A DNA stretch of 64,000 nt from Eledone cirrhosa. Its lineage: Eukaryota. Shown piece after piece: positions 15,711-29,793 of the stretch. Under the pieces are notes generated by a model. It ran no database searches. It was not told the DNA's origin and saw only the letters and a list, made by a program, of their open reading frames with translations. Location: positions 309,628,001 to 309,692,000 of the forward strand of contig OZ024743.1 of NCBI GenBank assembly GCA_964016885.1. Reading direction: 5' to 3'. The position numbers and the translations under genes were made by a program. Positions within the stretch are counted from its first letter, which is position 1, and every line of letters begins with the position of its first letter.

Positions 15711-15962
15711 CAATTTTTTCATATATATATATTTATATATATTTTTATATATATATGTATGTATACGTACATACATATATGTATACAGACGTACAGTAGT
15801 ATGTATATATATATATAGATACATGCACACATATATATATGTGCGTATGGATTCACCGAACATTTATTATAATGCTCGGTGTGTTTGTAAACAAACATCC
15901 CGAGTTAAGCCGTACAGTGTCTAGCAACCATCGTTGCTCATTTGTTCAACACTGACAAAGGA

Positions 15963-16005
15963 ACGCTATACTAGTTTCAAGCTTATTAGCTATCGTCAGC
16001 AACGT
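15963..16005 (-). ncRNA. Minimal hammerhead ribozyme
   Basis: Minus: acgttg-CTGACGA-tagctaataagctt-GAAA-ctag-TA-tagcgt. Confidence 0.85.
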
Positions 16006-16475
16006 ATACCTTCCTGCTAGATGATTGAACGTCTGAAAATATATAAATTCCTTATGCATATTAACGGCTGAGCAGCCTAATTTGCATATCGAGTGAGTTA
16101 ATCGGCCGGGCGCACCGAAAACGATAAACGGAAAAAATGAAACGAAATTTCATTTCTCACTCTTAGTACGGCTGTTACTTAAATATAAGTATGTATACGT
16201 ACAGCAGTATGTATATATATATATACATACATGCACACATATATATATGTACGTATGGATTCACCGAACGTTTATTATATATGTATGTACGTATACATAC
16301 TTATATTTAATTAACAGCCGTACTAAGAGTGAGAAATGAAATTTCGTTTCATTTTTTCTGTTTATCATTTTCGGTGCGCCCGGCCGATTAACTCACTCGA
16401 TATGCAAAGTAGGCTGCTCAGCCGTTAATATGCATAAGGTAAGTATATACGTTCAACAATCTGGCAGGAAGGTAT

Positions 16476-16518
16476 ACGTTGCTGACGATAGCTAATAAGC
16501 TTGAAACTAGTACAGCGT
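16476..16518 (+). ncRNA. Minimal hammerhead ribozyme
   Basis: acgttg-CTGACGA-tagctaataagctt-GAAA-ctag-TA-cagcgt. Confidence 0.85.
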
Positions 16519-16919
16519 TCCCTTATCAGTGTTGAACAAATGAGCAACGATGGTTGCTAGACACTGTACGGCCTAATTCGGGATGTTTGTTTACAAACAC
16601 CTCGAGCATTATAATAAAATGTTCGGTGAATCCATACGTACATATATATATATATGTGCATGTATGTATATATATATATACATACTACTGTACGTCTGTA
16701 TACATATATGTATGTACGTATACATACTTATATTTAAGTAACAGCCGTACTAAGAGTGAGAAATGAAATTTCGTTTCATTTTTTCCTTTTATATATATAT
16801 ATTTATATATATATATATATTGATATTAAGTGTTTCCGTAGGAAGGATAAAGGAAAGGAGAATGCTCTATGTAGGCTACAGAGCTATTTAGTTATGTAAT
16901 AAACAACATAAAACAATTA

Positions 16920-16992
16920 TTTCATTTACCAAAGGTTTCACGAAGACAGACAAGCTTGACACAGACGTCTGAAATCGTTCGTCAGAACGAAA
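16920..16992 (-). ncRNA. Hammerhead ribozyme (family D relative) with long stem II
   Basis: Minus: tttcgtt-CTGACGA-acga...tcgt-GAAA-cctttgg-TA-aatgaaa; downstream tail matches 4600-4665. Confidence 0.75.
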
Positions 16993-17094
16993 ATATTATT
17001 ACATAACTAAATATATATACATAAAACTCAAAAGATTAAAACTTTCGAAGTTTTGGGTGTTTGACGAACATATTTCATATCGAATGTAATGATG

Positions 17095-17310
17095 ATTTCT
17101 GGTATAGGCACACGGCCAGTGATTTGGGCCGAGGGCAAAGTCGATTAAATCGACCCCAGTACGTTACTGGCACTTTATTTTATCGACCCCCTTAAGGATG
17201 AAAGGCAAAGTTAACCTCGGCGGGATTTGAACTCAGACCGTAAAGGACCGTAACTCTATGCTGCAATGCATGGTATCCGACTCTACCGATACTGCCAATC
17301 CATCGCCCTT
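17095..17310 (-). mobile_element. tRNA-derived SINE with TSD
   Basis: Same family as 9370; flanking cgaatgtaat(g/a)atgatttc at 17081 and 17311. Confidence 0.9.
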
Positions 17311-17344
17311 CGAATGTAATAATGATTTCATTATTAGCCACAAG

Positions 17345-17540
17345 GATGGCGGGAAACTGGTACTATTGGAAGGGCGGCGGACGCCATGAATTGCCCCATA
17401 CGTACTGAATTCAAATCCCGTCAAGAGTAGCCTTGCCTTTCATCCTTGCGGGGTCAATAAAATATAGTACAAGTAATGTACTGTGGTTGATCTAATCAAC
17501 ACTTCCCTCCTTTAAATTGTTGGCAGAAACGATTATTAGC
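17345..17540 (+). mobile_element. Diverged SINE
   Basis: ctgaattcaaatcccg...ccttgcggggtcaataaaata. Confidence 0.75.
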
Positions 17541-17801
17541 CACAAGGGATTGCAGATCAAATAAAAAAAATAAAAAAACAAAAACACCTAAACATATACG
17601 TTACTATACATGTGTGACTGGACAAACAAATTATATATAAATTAAGGTTGGAGGAAGCACGTTATAAACAAGCTGGCTAAAATTTTATAAAACTAGAAAT
17701 AAGTATAACATTTTTATAAACCACAACATTTTTAGCACAAGATATAATATATATATATCAATAATATTAATAAATGGAAACTATCTTTATAAAACCATAT
17801 T

Positions 17802-17863
17802 TATTTTATTATATATATTTCAAGGGTACCAACATTTTTGGTACGCACTCATCAGATAAAATA
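17802..17863 (-). ncRNA. Hammerhead ribozyme
   Basis: Minus: tattttat-CTGATGA-gtgc gtaccaa aaatg ttggtac cctt-GAAA-tatata-TA-ataaaata; perfect 8-bp stem I. Confidence 0.8.
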
Positions 17864-18154
17864 CAAAAGTTGTTCTATAGATAGTGACATATCCAAATAC
17901 AAGAACTTATCGTTTTAAGTTTTGTTTGAATAGTGAAAGAAATTCAAATCTTAGGATGAATATGTTAATGAGGATAACGTAAAGTTGAAAAAGATCGTTA
18001 TATTTAGATGCTAAGTAAATTTAAATAATTATTAGGATTATTTTTTAAGGGAAGAAGAGAGAGAAGTTAATATTAATATTAATGTGTAAGAATATTTAAG
18101 GAAAGAATATGAGATATAAGTATATTAAAGTTAGAAATAGACTATTATTATTAA

Positions 18155-18345
18155 TGCGGTGGGTTGGCATTATCGGTAGAGCGTCGGACGCCATACTTTC
18201 CAGCATAGTTACGTCCCTTTACGATCTGATTTCAAATCCCGCCGAGGTTGTCTTTGCCTTTCTTCCTTACGGTGTCGATAAAATAAAGTACCAGTAATGC
18301 ACGGAGGATTTGCTGGCCTTGTGCCTAAAGTAGAAACAATTATTA
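18155..18345 (+). mobile_element. tRNA-derived SINE
   Basis: Same family as 9370. Confidence 0.9.
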
Positions 18346-19309
18346 ATATATAATTGTATGTATCGTATTAGTGATGGTGAAGAGAGAGTGAAATAATTAT
18401 ATTTATTTGTTTAATTATATATTTAGATATTTTGGTGGTATTTATAATATAATATGAGAATTATAAATGTGTTCAAGTGGTAGAATATCAATTTTAAAAA
18501 AGTGGGAGATACTAATTATTGGGTCTATTCTAATAGTGAGTTTTCATATTATAGAGATAATATTTATAAGTATATTTTATGAAGAATTAGGGTTGTATGT
18601 ATATTTTATTTTATTATATTACAGCAGGTTATTTATATAAATATTTATATAAATAATTTTGGTTAGTATATATGTTTTTTTTATTAATAGATAGATAATT
18701 TAAATATTTTCTATATGTGAATAGTTACGATGAATTTCTTGTTTACATTTTCAATATATATATGTAAGAAAAAGGAAGTAGTTCTATTTTATTATAGAAG
18801 CTTATTTTGTACATTCAATATTTACATCAAGATAGGAATATATTTACAAAATTTACGAAGGTAACGAAATTATACAAACAAATTTTAATTTTTTATCTAA
18901 AGTTTAGTTGTTACTTAGAAGAAATGTGTAAGCGTTTTACATTATGAAAGAGAAGATAACTCCAATATTTCTTAGTTAAAATAGTTATATTTACCGTTTA
19001 TTCTAGAATTGACTTTAAAAAATATTCTAATTAAGATATATGTAAAATATATATAAAATATATGTAAAAAAAATGTTATATATTATTTTATAGATAAAAA
19101 TTCTTTTATAGATAAAAACGTCTTTTATATATGTATTTAGATAGCATTCCTTATTTCTATGCATATGTTACTGATATTAAGCATATTCAGAAACATCATT
19201 AAAACCAACACAAAAAAAGATATATTTCAAAATATCACAAACAATTAACAACTGTTTACACATAAAACTAAACACATATACACAAACAAGCACACACACA
19301 CACAAATAG

Positions 19310-19372
<63 letters not shown>

Positions 19373-19375
<3 letters not shown>

Positions 19376-19580
19376 CGAAGGAGGTGTGGTAAGGAAGCAG
19401 ATGGACCATAACACACCAGAGTAATCAATACTTAGGCTATTAGAGTGGGTAATAGGAAAATGTTTGACCCCGACGCCAGAGCTCAAGCCGTTGCGACGGC
19501 TATTTCTGGACTCGAAATAGCCGTCCAGAAATAGCCGTCGAAACAGCTTGAGCTCTGCCGTCGGGGTCGGTCAAATATTT
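19373..19580 (-). mobile_element. Family A fold-back element
   Basis: Homologous to 3575-3767; inverted arms around 19465-19570. Confidence 0.8.
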
Positions 19581-19604
19581 TCATATATATATATAAATAT
19601 ATAT

Positions 19605-19810
19605 ATATATAAAACAGAGAATGTCTGTCTGTCTGACTCCCTAAAACTCGAGAACCACCCAACCAATTGTTTTCAAACCTTACACATGTAATACTTATGG
19701 TCCTGTGAGTGTTTAGAGCAAAATTTCGAAATTTCAATGCCCTAGGGACCTCATTAGCCGATTTAGCGATATCACTCTATAATTCTTAGCTTTTCATTTT
19801 AGATAGATAC
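19605..19810 (+). mobile_element. Possible non-autonomous Helitron-like fragment
   Basis: tatataaaa..gtctgtctgtc..aactcgagaac..caaccaatt..ttcaaac resembles 5' ends of invertebrate non-autonomous Helitrons (resemblance only). Confidence 0.35.
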
Positions 19811-19910
19811 ATAGATATAACGTTGCACCCTTATAATATCTGTCTGCATTACGACATTATGACACTATATGCGTGTGTGTATATATGTATATATATATAT
19901 ATGTGTGTGT

Positions 19911-19953
<43 letters not shown>

Positions 19954-20305
19954 ATCTCAGTTTTTCGAATATTAATAATAACATTCGATTCGTTTGCAAT
20001 TTTGCAAACAAGCCTCAATTATATAGCCATGTCAGTAGAATGAACCCTTCATTCTAGCTCTTGTGTTGGCATGCGAACAGAACTGCAGGCACTAATGTTT
20101 CTGGGTATCATCCTTCATCAGTGCAGCTCAATGTTCACCTGCCAAACTGTTCAGAGCAAGTGAAAATATATGCTATTTTCAAATATATATGTATATATAT
20201 ATATTTATATATATATATATATATATTACTATATATATATAAATATATATTACTATATATATATAAGTTAAAACAATGAAATAAAAAATCAAGTCATTAG
20301 AGATA

Positions 20306-20406
<101 letters not shown>

Positions 20407-21207
20407 TCATATATATATGTATATGAAATATAAATATATATATGTATATGAAATATATATATATATATATATGTATATGAAATATATATATATATATATA
20501 TGAAAATAGCATATATATATATATATATATATATAAACATTTAAAGTTAGCCATACACATGAGTCAGAGCACCACATTGCGGCTGGCCCAGAAAATCTAG
20601 ACTATATGTCTATATTGCACTGAATTATTTGAACTTTATTTCTTCAAGTCTTGCATTAATTTCATCGATCGGTTTTGTCAAATTGGAAAGTTACAAATCA
20701 TAAACAGTACACGTATGTGCTGATACAGACAAAAATACTACCACAAACATAAACACACACACACACACCCACACACAGATACACAGACACAGATACACAC
20801 AGACTCACACACAGGCACACGCACAGTCGCACATAGAGACACACACACACATGCACAGAGACGCACACGCACACAGACACACAACTGCATACACACAGTC
20901 ACACTTACGTGCATACACAGACACAGACATACACACGAACACATAACACATTCAAAGACAAACAGGCACACACATTCGCAACCAGACACATACGCGCACA
21001 CAGACACACATGCACACAAATACACTCCCGGAAGCCGCTCACACGTCCATTCATGTGCAGAGTTTCCTCAGTTTCCATCTATCACATTACATTCAGAAGA
21101 CACTAGTCAACCCGAGACTGGTATAGGAAATTGAGTTCATAACTTTGAATTTATTATGTAACGGGAGATTAATATATAAATATATACATATATATATAAA
21201 CCTGAAC

Positions 21208-21395
21208 ATAATTGTTTCTACTTTTGGCACAAGGCCAGCAATTATCCCAGTGTATTACTGGTACTTTATTTTATCGACCCCGTAAGGATGAAAGGCAAAG
21301 TTAATCTCGGCGGGATTTGAACGCAATCCGTAAAGGGACGTAACTGTGCTGCAAAGCATGGCGTCCGACCCTCTACCGATACTGCCAATCCAATT
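21208..21395 (-). mobile_element. tRNA-derived SINE
   Basis: Same family as 9370. Confidence 0.9.
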
Positions 21396-21410
21396 CCCAT
21401 TACCAACGTC

Positions 21411-22440
21411 TCATTCGCTCTTCCCATCTATCACTATTATAAGCAAATAGGGGTCCATGCGCTGGCCGCCACGCGCTGGTCTCACTGTAGACCTGGCGGA
21501 CAGAATAGAGAAGGCGTTTCCCCGGAGTATGGTAAAGTAGACGCGTTTGAAGAGCGATTCCAGCTCGCGAGGCTCACATCTGTGGGTAGTCAACTCGGTG
21601 CCGATGGTGGTGAGTAGAGAGGTGGTCCTAGGGCCAAGGACACCAGAAGCCTCAACTGCAACGAGCTCGACCTCAAAACCTGTCGGAGAGTGACCGATAT
21701 TTGGAGAGCGACCGATATTCCGTGCGAAATGCATTGTAGTTACAGGACAACATGTGGAGGCCGAAAAAGGCTACGGTGGATCCGCAGCAATATTTTTGTG
21801 GCTCACAGATCCGAAGGCCGAGACTCAGAGATACCCTGATTCGCAGGCTATCTTTATCCAGTTGCGTGCCAGTCGAGAAGGAGGGTAGAGCATTGAGCCA
21901 GACACCACTGTGGGGATGGAAGGCCGAGTGAAATCCCTAACCCGAACCTTAACCCTAACGCTGGATCACCTGCACCTGGCGGAGAATAGATCGTATGTCC
22001 GAGACGGAGGATGAAAAGAATTCTGCGTCGTGGTTGACATTCACCACCTCCGACTTGGACGAGTTAACTTAGAGACCGATTCTCGCCAGAGCAGAAACCA
22101 ACGATCGCAGGTCGTGGCAGACAGTCTCCAGCGGCCCTCCCCACGTGGCATCATCCAAGTACCGAACGTTGAAAGGGGTCGTGATGTTCCGAGAAATGTG
22201 GTATATCCTGAGTGCAAAGAGGGGGCCAAAGGGTCACCCTGTTGAACCCCAGTAGCTGAAGGTATGCCTGTGTCAGCAGGAAGGAGCATGCTCGGTTTCC
22301 ATACGACGGATAGGCCAGTGGTTAGGCAGAGGGGCCTTGGCTGCAGCAGGCTTCGAGCAGATGGTCACGGCGTAGGCAGTTAAAGGCATTCCTCATGTCA
22401 AGCTTGACAATGAGGTGCCTGGCGTCCCGCGACGTTCCGG
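21411..22440 (-). pseudogene. Internally deleted CRE-clade non-LTR retrotransposon (RT and restriction-like endonuclease end)
   Basis: Minus motifs VKLDMRNAFNCLRRD, SATGVQQGDPLAP, DDATWG, SGVWLNALPSS, VAVEASGVLGP...LFKRV..ILRGNAFSIL; GC-rich island. Confidence 0.8.
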
Positions 22441-23369
22441 TGGGCAGCATTTGAGTTCAAATCCTGCTGAGGTCAATTTTGCCTTTCAATCTTTTGATGT
22501 TGATAAATAAAGTAGAGATCTATTCTTTCCCTATCTCACTTTCTCTCTTCGTCTCTCTCTGTGTGTGTGAGTGTATGTGTCTGTCTGTATATTTGTATGT
22601 GTGTAGGCATGTATGTATGTATATATGTATGTATTTATATATATGCATGTATGTAGGTAGGTAATTAGGTAAGTGTGTGCATATGTATATATATGTGCAT
22701 ATGTGTATGTTTGTGTGTATGCATAGCTTTTAGGCGCACATTTCTTCAAAGTTTGAAATGAAAGCTAAGCAGCCTACGCTGAAATATTGCCTCTATAATA
22801 GAATCATGTATTAACGTTCACTGGATGATAAATCAAATGTTAAAATATCTGTGCAACAGTAATCGATATATTCAATGAAGTTTTTCCTGCATTTTACTTA
22901 CACAACATATTTTCTGAAGAGATATTATTAACAAGTAATACTAAGTAAGTTAGATAAGATAAAAAAGAATTGACGATAATTTCAGTTGTTAGGCTTTTAT
23001 TTGAAAGAAATATATTTGTCCATTTAAGTAATAAATTTTTAAAAGTGTTATCTTTTTAATGTTGTAACATAAATTTGGCTTATGATCATCTGAATGTTTA
23101 GTCTTTTCAAGTCACGTTTATTTCTTAGAAAATATATTTCAATTTATTACCTATCGACTTCTCTTCTCACTATACTCTTCTCTTCTCTTCTTACTATATA
23201 TATATAAGAAAAATATAAACACTTTTCTGGTTTTTGTTTCGGAGCAATGGAGAATAAGGTCATAAATTGTAAAACACTTTAGCTTGATTCGTGTTTTTCA
23301 CAGAAACTGCACATACATATATACATACAACGCCCACTCATACACACATGCACAGATACAAACAAACAC

Positions 23370-23595
23370 ACATATGTATGTATGTATGTATATTTGAGTA
23401 TGTATGTAATTATGTATGTATGTATATATGCATATATGTGTATGTATGTATATTTGAGTATTATGTAATTATGTATGTATGTATATATGCATATATGTGT
23501 ATGTATGTATATTTGAGTATGTATGCAATTATGTATGTATATGTGCATATATGTGTATGTATGTATATTTGAGTATGTATGTAATTATGTATGTA
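23370..23595. repeat. About 60-bp minisatellite
   Basis: tatgtatatttgagtatgtatgtaattatg... repeated about 4 times. Confidence 0.8.
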
Positions 23596-23889
23596 GAGTG
23601 TATGAATGTATGTTCTTTTGGTTGAATAAATAAATAAATAAATAAATAAATAAAGAAATAAAGAAAGCATTATTGTATATCATTTTATCAATAGATACAG
23701 AGTCGGTTTCTAACATACAAAACTGTTTCATTTGAATTTAGACGACATCAACTAGGTAAACTTGTCTGCCTGTCTGGATAAAAATATCTTTGAGCACGTG
23801 TCCGAATGAAGGGACAGTTAAAAAGTGCCTCCTCCAATATACAGTGGTGGCCATAACTGGACCCCGAAACGAAATGTAGCACATATCAC

Positions 23890-23933
<44 letters not shown>

Positions 23934-24185
23934 AACGAAATACCAATGTACCCATCAAAAGAGGGCAATCTTGTATATTATGAATTAACAACTTATAAAA
24001 GCTGCTGCTTCAGACATAATCTATTTTGGGGCTAAGTAATTATTAAAGTTTGAAGGGCTTGATCCTGTAAATATAGTATTGGGGTGAAACAATACAAGAT
24101 AAGAATTTAAAATGAGAAGTAATTGAGGAAAACTGATATCGCAAGGAGTGGAGTGTGATCTGGGTCTTCCAGAGAACTTCTGAGT

Positions 24186-24387
24186 TACGAAGGTCGATTG
24201 ACAAGTTCATACGCTGACCAAGATACTCTCATGGAATGACCAAATGAGGTTTATTTTTCAGCATAGTCCCTAGAAACACACAATATAGTTATTAATAAGA
24301 AGAGTTGAAATTAATGCATTCAAGATTTTACAGTGCTAGCATCGCTCATTCAAAGTCAGCCTATGAAGTTATCAGTCACCCTTCGTA
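24186..24387. mobile_element. Tc1/mariner-derived MITE
   Basis: Imperfect TIRs tacgaaggtcgattgacaagttcatacgctgac / gtcagcctatgaagttatcagtcacccttcgta with TA ends. Confidence 0.7.
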
Positions 24388-24410
24388 GATTGAATATTGT
24401 AAAGCTTTTG

Positions 24411-24592
24411 AGGGTGGTGGATTGGCCTTATCGGTAGAGGGTTGTAGTATAGAGTTATGTCCAATTACGGTCTGAGTTTAAATCCCGCCGAGGTTAACTT
24501 TGTCTTTCATCCTTACGGGGGTCGATAAAATAAAGTACCAGGAATGCACTGGGATAATTGATGGCCTTGTGCCAAAAGTAGAAAACAATTGT
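24411..24592 (+). mobile_element. tRNA-derived SINE with TSD
   Basis: Same family; attgtaaagc(a)ttttg flanks both ends. Confidence 0.88.
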
Positions 24593-25124
24593 AAAGCATT
24601 TTGTCCGTTATTCTCTGATTTCCTGCAAAATATTGAATTATAATCCCAGAAATCCAATATAATTTAAAAGCATCAGATTCAATCTAAAATTTCCTGTTTT
24701 ACATTACAAATATACTTTAAAAATTTTTTTCAGATGACTATATTTTACCTTGTGATACGGATATCCATCATGGTAGCAATAACACTTTTGTTGCTAACAT
24801 TCCGACTGAAATTGATGGTAAATCAGCCGATGTTTAATAAACAAGATAATCCTCATTCTTTTGTAGAAAATTCTTTTTTACGGGTAGGTGGAACTTACAC
24901 TATTATTCTTCTATTTATATTTATTCTTATACTATTTCCAATCATTTGATTGCGGTTGAGCTGGGGTATAACATTAAAGGAATTCAATCAGTCTGACGCT
25001 ACTTTTGTCAACATCAATTTGAAAGCCACTAAGTTACCGTGCATAAAGCACACACAAAAACACACACGTATACATACATATATATATAATTATATATATA
25101 TATATGTTTATATATATATGTATC

Positions 25125-25202
<78 letters not shown>

Positions 25203-25234
25203 AACATATATATATGTATATATATATATATATA

Positions 25235-25313
<79 letters not shown>

Positions 25314-25318
25314 ATATA

Positions 25319-25349
<31 letters not shown>

Positions 25350-25405
25350 ATGTATATATATATGTATATATATATATATGTTTATATATATATATATATA
25401 TAAAC

Positions 25406-25442
<37 letters not shown>

Positions 25443-25535
25443 AACATATATATATATATATATACATATATATATACATATATAAACATATATATAATTA
25501 TATATAAATATTTATACATATATATACATATATAT

Positions 25536-25579
<44 letters not shown>

Positions 25580-26057
25580 GCATATACATTTACTTGTGTA
25601 TATGTGTAAAAATGTATGTTTATATATATACATATATATGCATATACATACAATATATTCATATAAATACACACACACATGTTCACATTATTATATATAC
25701 CGACTTTTTATATTGAAACACAGGCAAACATATTGAAAGGAACTGTACAGATACTTAAATTCAGCGCTTAAATGACTGCATATTCAATTAATTTACTTTC
25801 TAAACACAGAAGCGAATGTCTACTACAAGGAATTTATATCACACATAAAATCCAATTGAAAGATTCCCTGCTATATCTTCCCTGAGGAGATACAGGATAT
25901 ATTATTGCCTAATTAAATCAATTCAGTTTCAGTTTGTTTATATAGCATCAGCTCACTATAAATTCGTCTTTCTCATTTTGAAGTGACACAAAATATAACT
26001 AAATTCTTGGAGGTATTTGAGTCAACACTATTTTTCTGTCAACTATTAGGCTCAATT

Positions 26058-26255
26058 AGGGCGCTGGATTGGCAGTATCGGTAGAAGGCCGGGCGTCATG
26101 CTTTGCAGCAAAGAGTTACGCCCCTTTACGGTCTGAGTTCAAATCCCGCTGACGTTAACTTTGCCTTTCATCCTTACGGGGTCGATAAAATAAAGTACCA
26201 GTAATGCACTGGGATAATTGCTGGCCTTGTGACAAAATAAGAAACAACTATTAAG
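26058..26255 (+). mobile_element. tRNA-derived SINE
   Basis: Same family as 9370. Confidence 0.9.
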
Positions 26256-26479
26256 GTGTATCTCTATTAGTTTCAACAACGGTTGTTTCAACTGTTCAAT
26301 CAACGAAACAGCCGGCTGGTGAAACTGGGCATTACACCAACACGTGTATCCTTGACAAAATTCAGCGTGACGCAGTGTTTGACAAAGCTGGAGTTTCCAT
26401 TACAATTACAGGTCATGTCAAGATCTTCTGAATAGTTTTGGTCTACCGAATTTCAATGACAGGTCTATAAATGTCTGTC

Positions 26480-26740
26480 TCGAGCCCGGAGGCTCATCAG
26501 GTCAGTGCTTATCCTCGTTTCCGTGGCGTGAAGCGACTGAGAGTACAGCATTTACCCTTGGACAGAACGCCTGTCCATCGCAGCATACAATCCCCAGTTA
26601 TTGTTGGTACTCATTTTAAGTTGAGTATACTGGAGCAACGTGAAATGAAGTGTTTTTTCAAGAATACAACAGACAACTCAGTTCAGGAATTGAACCCACG
26701 ACGTTATGATCGTAAGTCCCAAACCCTCACCACTAGGGTT
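26480..26740 (-). mobile_element. Second tRNA-derived SINE family (CORE-like middle)
   Basis: B-box-like ggaattgaaccc and the central ggtactcattt..actggagcaacgtgaaatgaagtg motif. Confidence 0.6.
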
Positions 26741-27301
26741 GGGTTTAACTCGAAACTGTCGGAAATTACATTTCTCCAAGTTCCCGTTTAGGGAAATCGA
26801 ACCCGGCGTCTTAGGATCCCGAAACAAACATTTTAGCCTTTCGAGCATTTTTATCTAATTATCATAACTCATCTTGAATGCTTTGTTTGAACAGAATTAA
26901 TCAAGAGCTTAATGACCGAACAAACGAAAATATAAATACTATCTTATGACGGCCTTTCAAACTATTAGAACAGGAAACAAATCACTCAACAATGAGCAAC
27001 TGAAGCTGGTGTATTTAATTATTCGTAAGCATTTTTTAGAAACACTGTAAAAAATGTCAACAACTCAGCTGCAGATTATCATATTGCTATATACAGAATG
27101 CTGTTAAAATCACTATTTTGTTCAAATCATGGCTGTGGAAATACTATTTGTAAATGTATTCCATAGAGAACTCGTAACTTTAAAATTGTATAAGGCTTTT
27201 TTAAAAGAAAGTGGTGGAGTTTCTTGTAGATAAACATTCGAAAAAATTGCACAAAAGATTGTACACATTTGCCCCTTCTTTTTGTATTTTCTGGGAAGAC
27301 T

Positions 27302-27334
<33 letters not shown>

Positions 27335-27366
27335 GACACACAGACACACAGACACACACACACACA

Positions 27367-27421
<55 letters not shown>

Positions 27422-28019
27422 GAAAAACATGGGGAGAAGAATACTGCATGGTTGCACATGGATTACATATTATAAAATTAGTCCCTCATCAGTGATTTGC
27501 CAACCATCATTGGTATTTCATCGCATTAAAAATCATATACCTCAGGTTGGTGCGAGCAATATATATATATATATATGCGATGGTTCCAAATTGATTTCGA
27601 GTAATGTTATAGCTTGATAGATAAGCATCAGCATTCATGGACGTGGCTTTTTAGTCCTGCTAGGGACTTGCCTGTGGTCAGCAATACCATGCTTCACAAA
27701 AAATGTCACATATCAAGCGATGCCTGTGTTTGAAACTTTTATATGTGAGGAAAGGTTTTGCCCGGGGCCAATCCCCTCTCTGAACATTGAATGTATTTGC
27801 CCCGAAAGAAGAACTGGTCTATATCATTGGATGCAAATGAAGTCGCAGGTTTTATATCAGAGTGAACGTAACTAAAGAGATGTCTTAATGGAAACAAGGA
27901 GTCTCATGATTTCCTTCGCCATTTGACGGGTTTTGTTTTTCATCCCACAGGGTCTCCAAATTCACCCTCCTTACTAAGCAAACTTGGTGGTTTTGACGGT
28001 TTAGTCACGTCCATCACGT

Positions 28020-28073
<54 letters not shown>

Positions 28074-28082
28074 GCATATATA

Positions 28083-28320
28083 TAAATAATTACAACAGTG
28101 ACATAAACAGGTACTCAAGTTTCGTTGGGTTCTAGAACCCAACTCATTCAGTCTGCCATAATAAAAATAAAAATAAAAATCTTCATTTTCATTTTTCTTA
28201 TGACAGGCTGAATGAGTTTGGGTCCGGTACCCAAAGAAACTTAAATATCTGTTTATGTCACTGTTGTAATTATTTATACTAAACTCATCCTATGAACTGA
28301 GTACTCTTACGCTTGTATAT
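28083..28320 (+). mobile_element. Fold-back element with HHR 3' half
   Basis: Inverted arms 28083-28160 and 28197-28278; the left arm reads c-GAAA-cttgag-TA-cctgt on minus. Flanked by (CA)n/(TA)n. Confidence 0.65.
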
Positions 28321-28341
28321 TTCTACGAAACATTTATTACA

Positions 28342-28506
<165 letters not shown>

Positions 28507-29793
28507 CATACAAACTATGAAGTGCGCTAACAACCGAAGTCTATGATAACGTTATGTCTGTATGATTACAGAGTATGTAACCGAGACCGCACTAACTTGT
28601 ATAAATATATAAACATATCTAATATGTAGGCATGTAAATATGCCAGAAAATACGAATATCACTGTAAATTGTAAAAATGATGAACATCTTTAATTGATTT
28701 TTTGATTTTATTGGACCCTCATTAGAAGACTTGTATATCAAACACAAGGAATTTGGTGCGTATATTTACCCATTCGCTCTCAATATTATTCTGAAATGGA
28801 CCTACTAATTTGCATACAATTGTGTATGTGTGTGGTTGTCTAATAACTGCTGTGGTGGAATGATTTAAAATATAACTTTACCAAAGCTCAACTAATTATG
28901 AATATGATGTTTAATTGAGTTTTGACGATTTAAAAAGTTGCCGCTATGAATTTTAACTTTAATGAAGCCTTATTAAAAGTGAGGAAGACATTAGTAATGT
29001 CATTGTTTATCTATTAAAATTTTCACTTTTAAATGTAGGAATCGTATTGAACATCAAACTAAGTAAACTAGAACCGACCTACGATAAATCATTTTATATT
29101 TTGGGAAGGATTGAAAAACAAAAATGTATATATATATATATATATATAAAAACAGGGAGAAAGAGACGATTATTAGGAAGAAAAATATATTTTTTCCTTT
29201 TTTGTTTCTCTCTCTCTTTTTTCTGGGTTAGAAAATGATTAAAACGAAATGTTTTACTTTGTGTGAAGTGTTAAGGTATTAATTGATTTATTTATTATTT
29301 AACAATGGCATTTATTTATATATTTATATATTTAAGAATTGTCTATTACCGGTTTCAGCATTTTTATGCATTATCAAATGGTAGTGAAATGTATTAGTGT
29401 GGTGTCACACATCTTAAACAGAAGGTGCAGAAAGAATAATATTATTTACAAACAAGGTTTATGAAGTGGAAAGAAAAAAGAAAAAGGAAAACAAACGTGC
29501 ATAATGTGGAGCATAAAAAGTCAATGTGGAAGAAAAAATAATGTTATTTACAGGCATAGTTATTGAAGTTAAGCAGAGAAAATGTGTTAATATCGCAAGA
29601 GTGCTTAGTTGATCCATGATTCCGTGAAGGAGGCAAATGGTGGATTGAGGTTTGATATGATTTTCCTTATTAGAGAGTTAATATGCAGGAGGAAGCAATT
29701 CTTGCTGGATGATATTTAATTTATTTAAGAAAAAGGATTAGGTAGGATGTGAGGGAGGTAACTCTTGTAAATGTTTGATTGTTTGTTGCAGTT

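Larger units (their letters stand above)
15750..16790. mobile_element. Retrozyme-like about 427-bp unit, two 1.2-mers in inverted orientation
   Basis: acagccgtactaagag at 16314 and 16741; 15750-16275 is the reverse complement; an HHR in each arm; flanked by TA-rich tracts. Confidence 0.85.

Noticed and set aside
18400-19150. Possible decayed PLE body upstream of the 17802 hammerhead
   Set aside because: Too AT-rich and degenerate to recover convincing motifs.
27600-28020. Possible exon-like, higher-complexity segment
   Set aside because: No continuous frame, splice pattern or recognisable domain.
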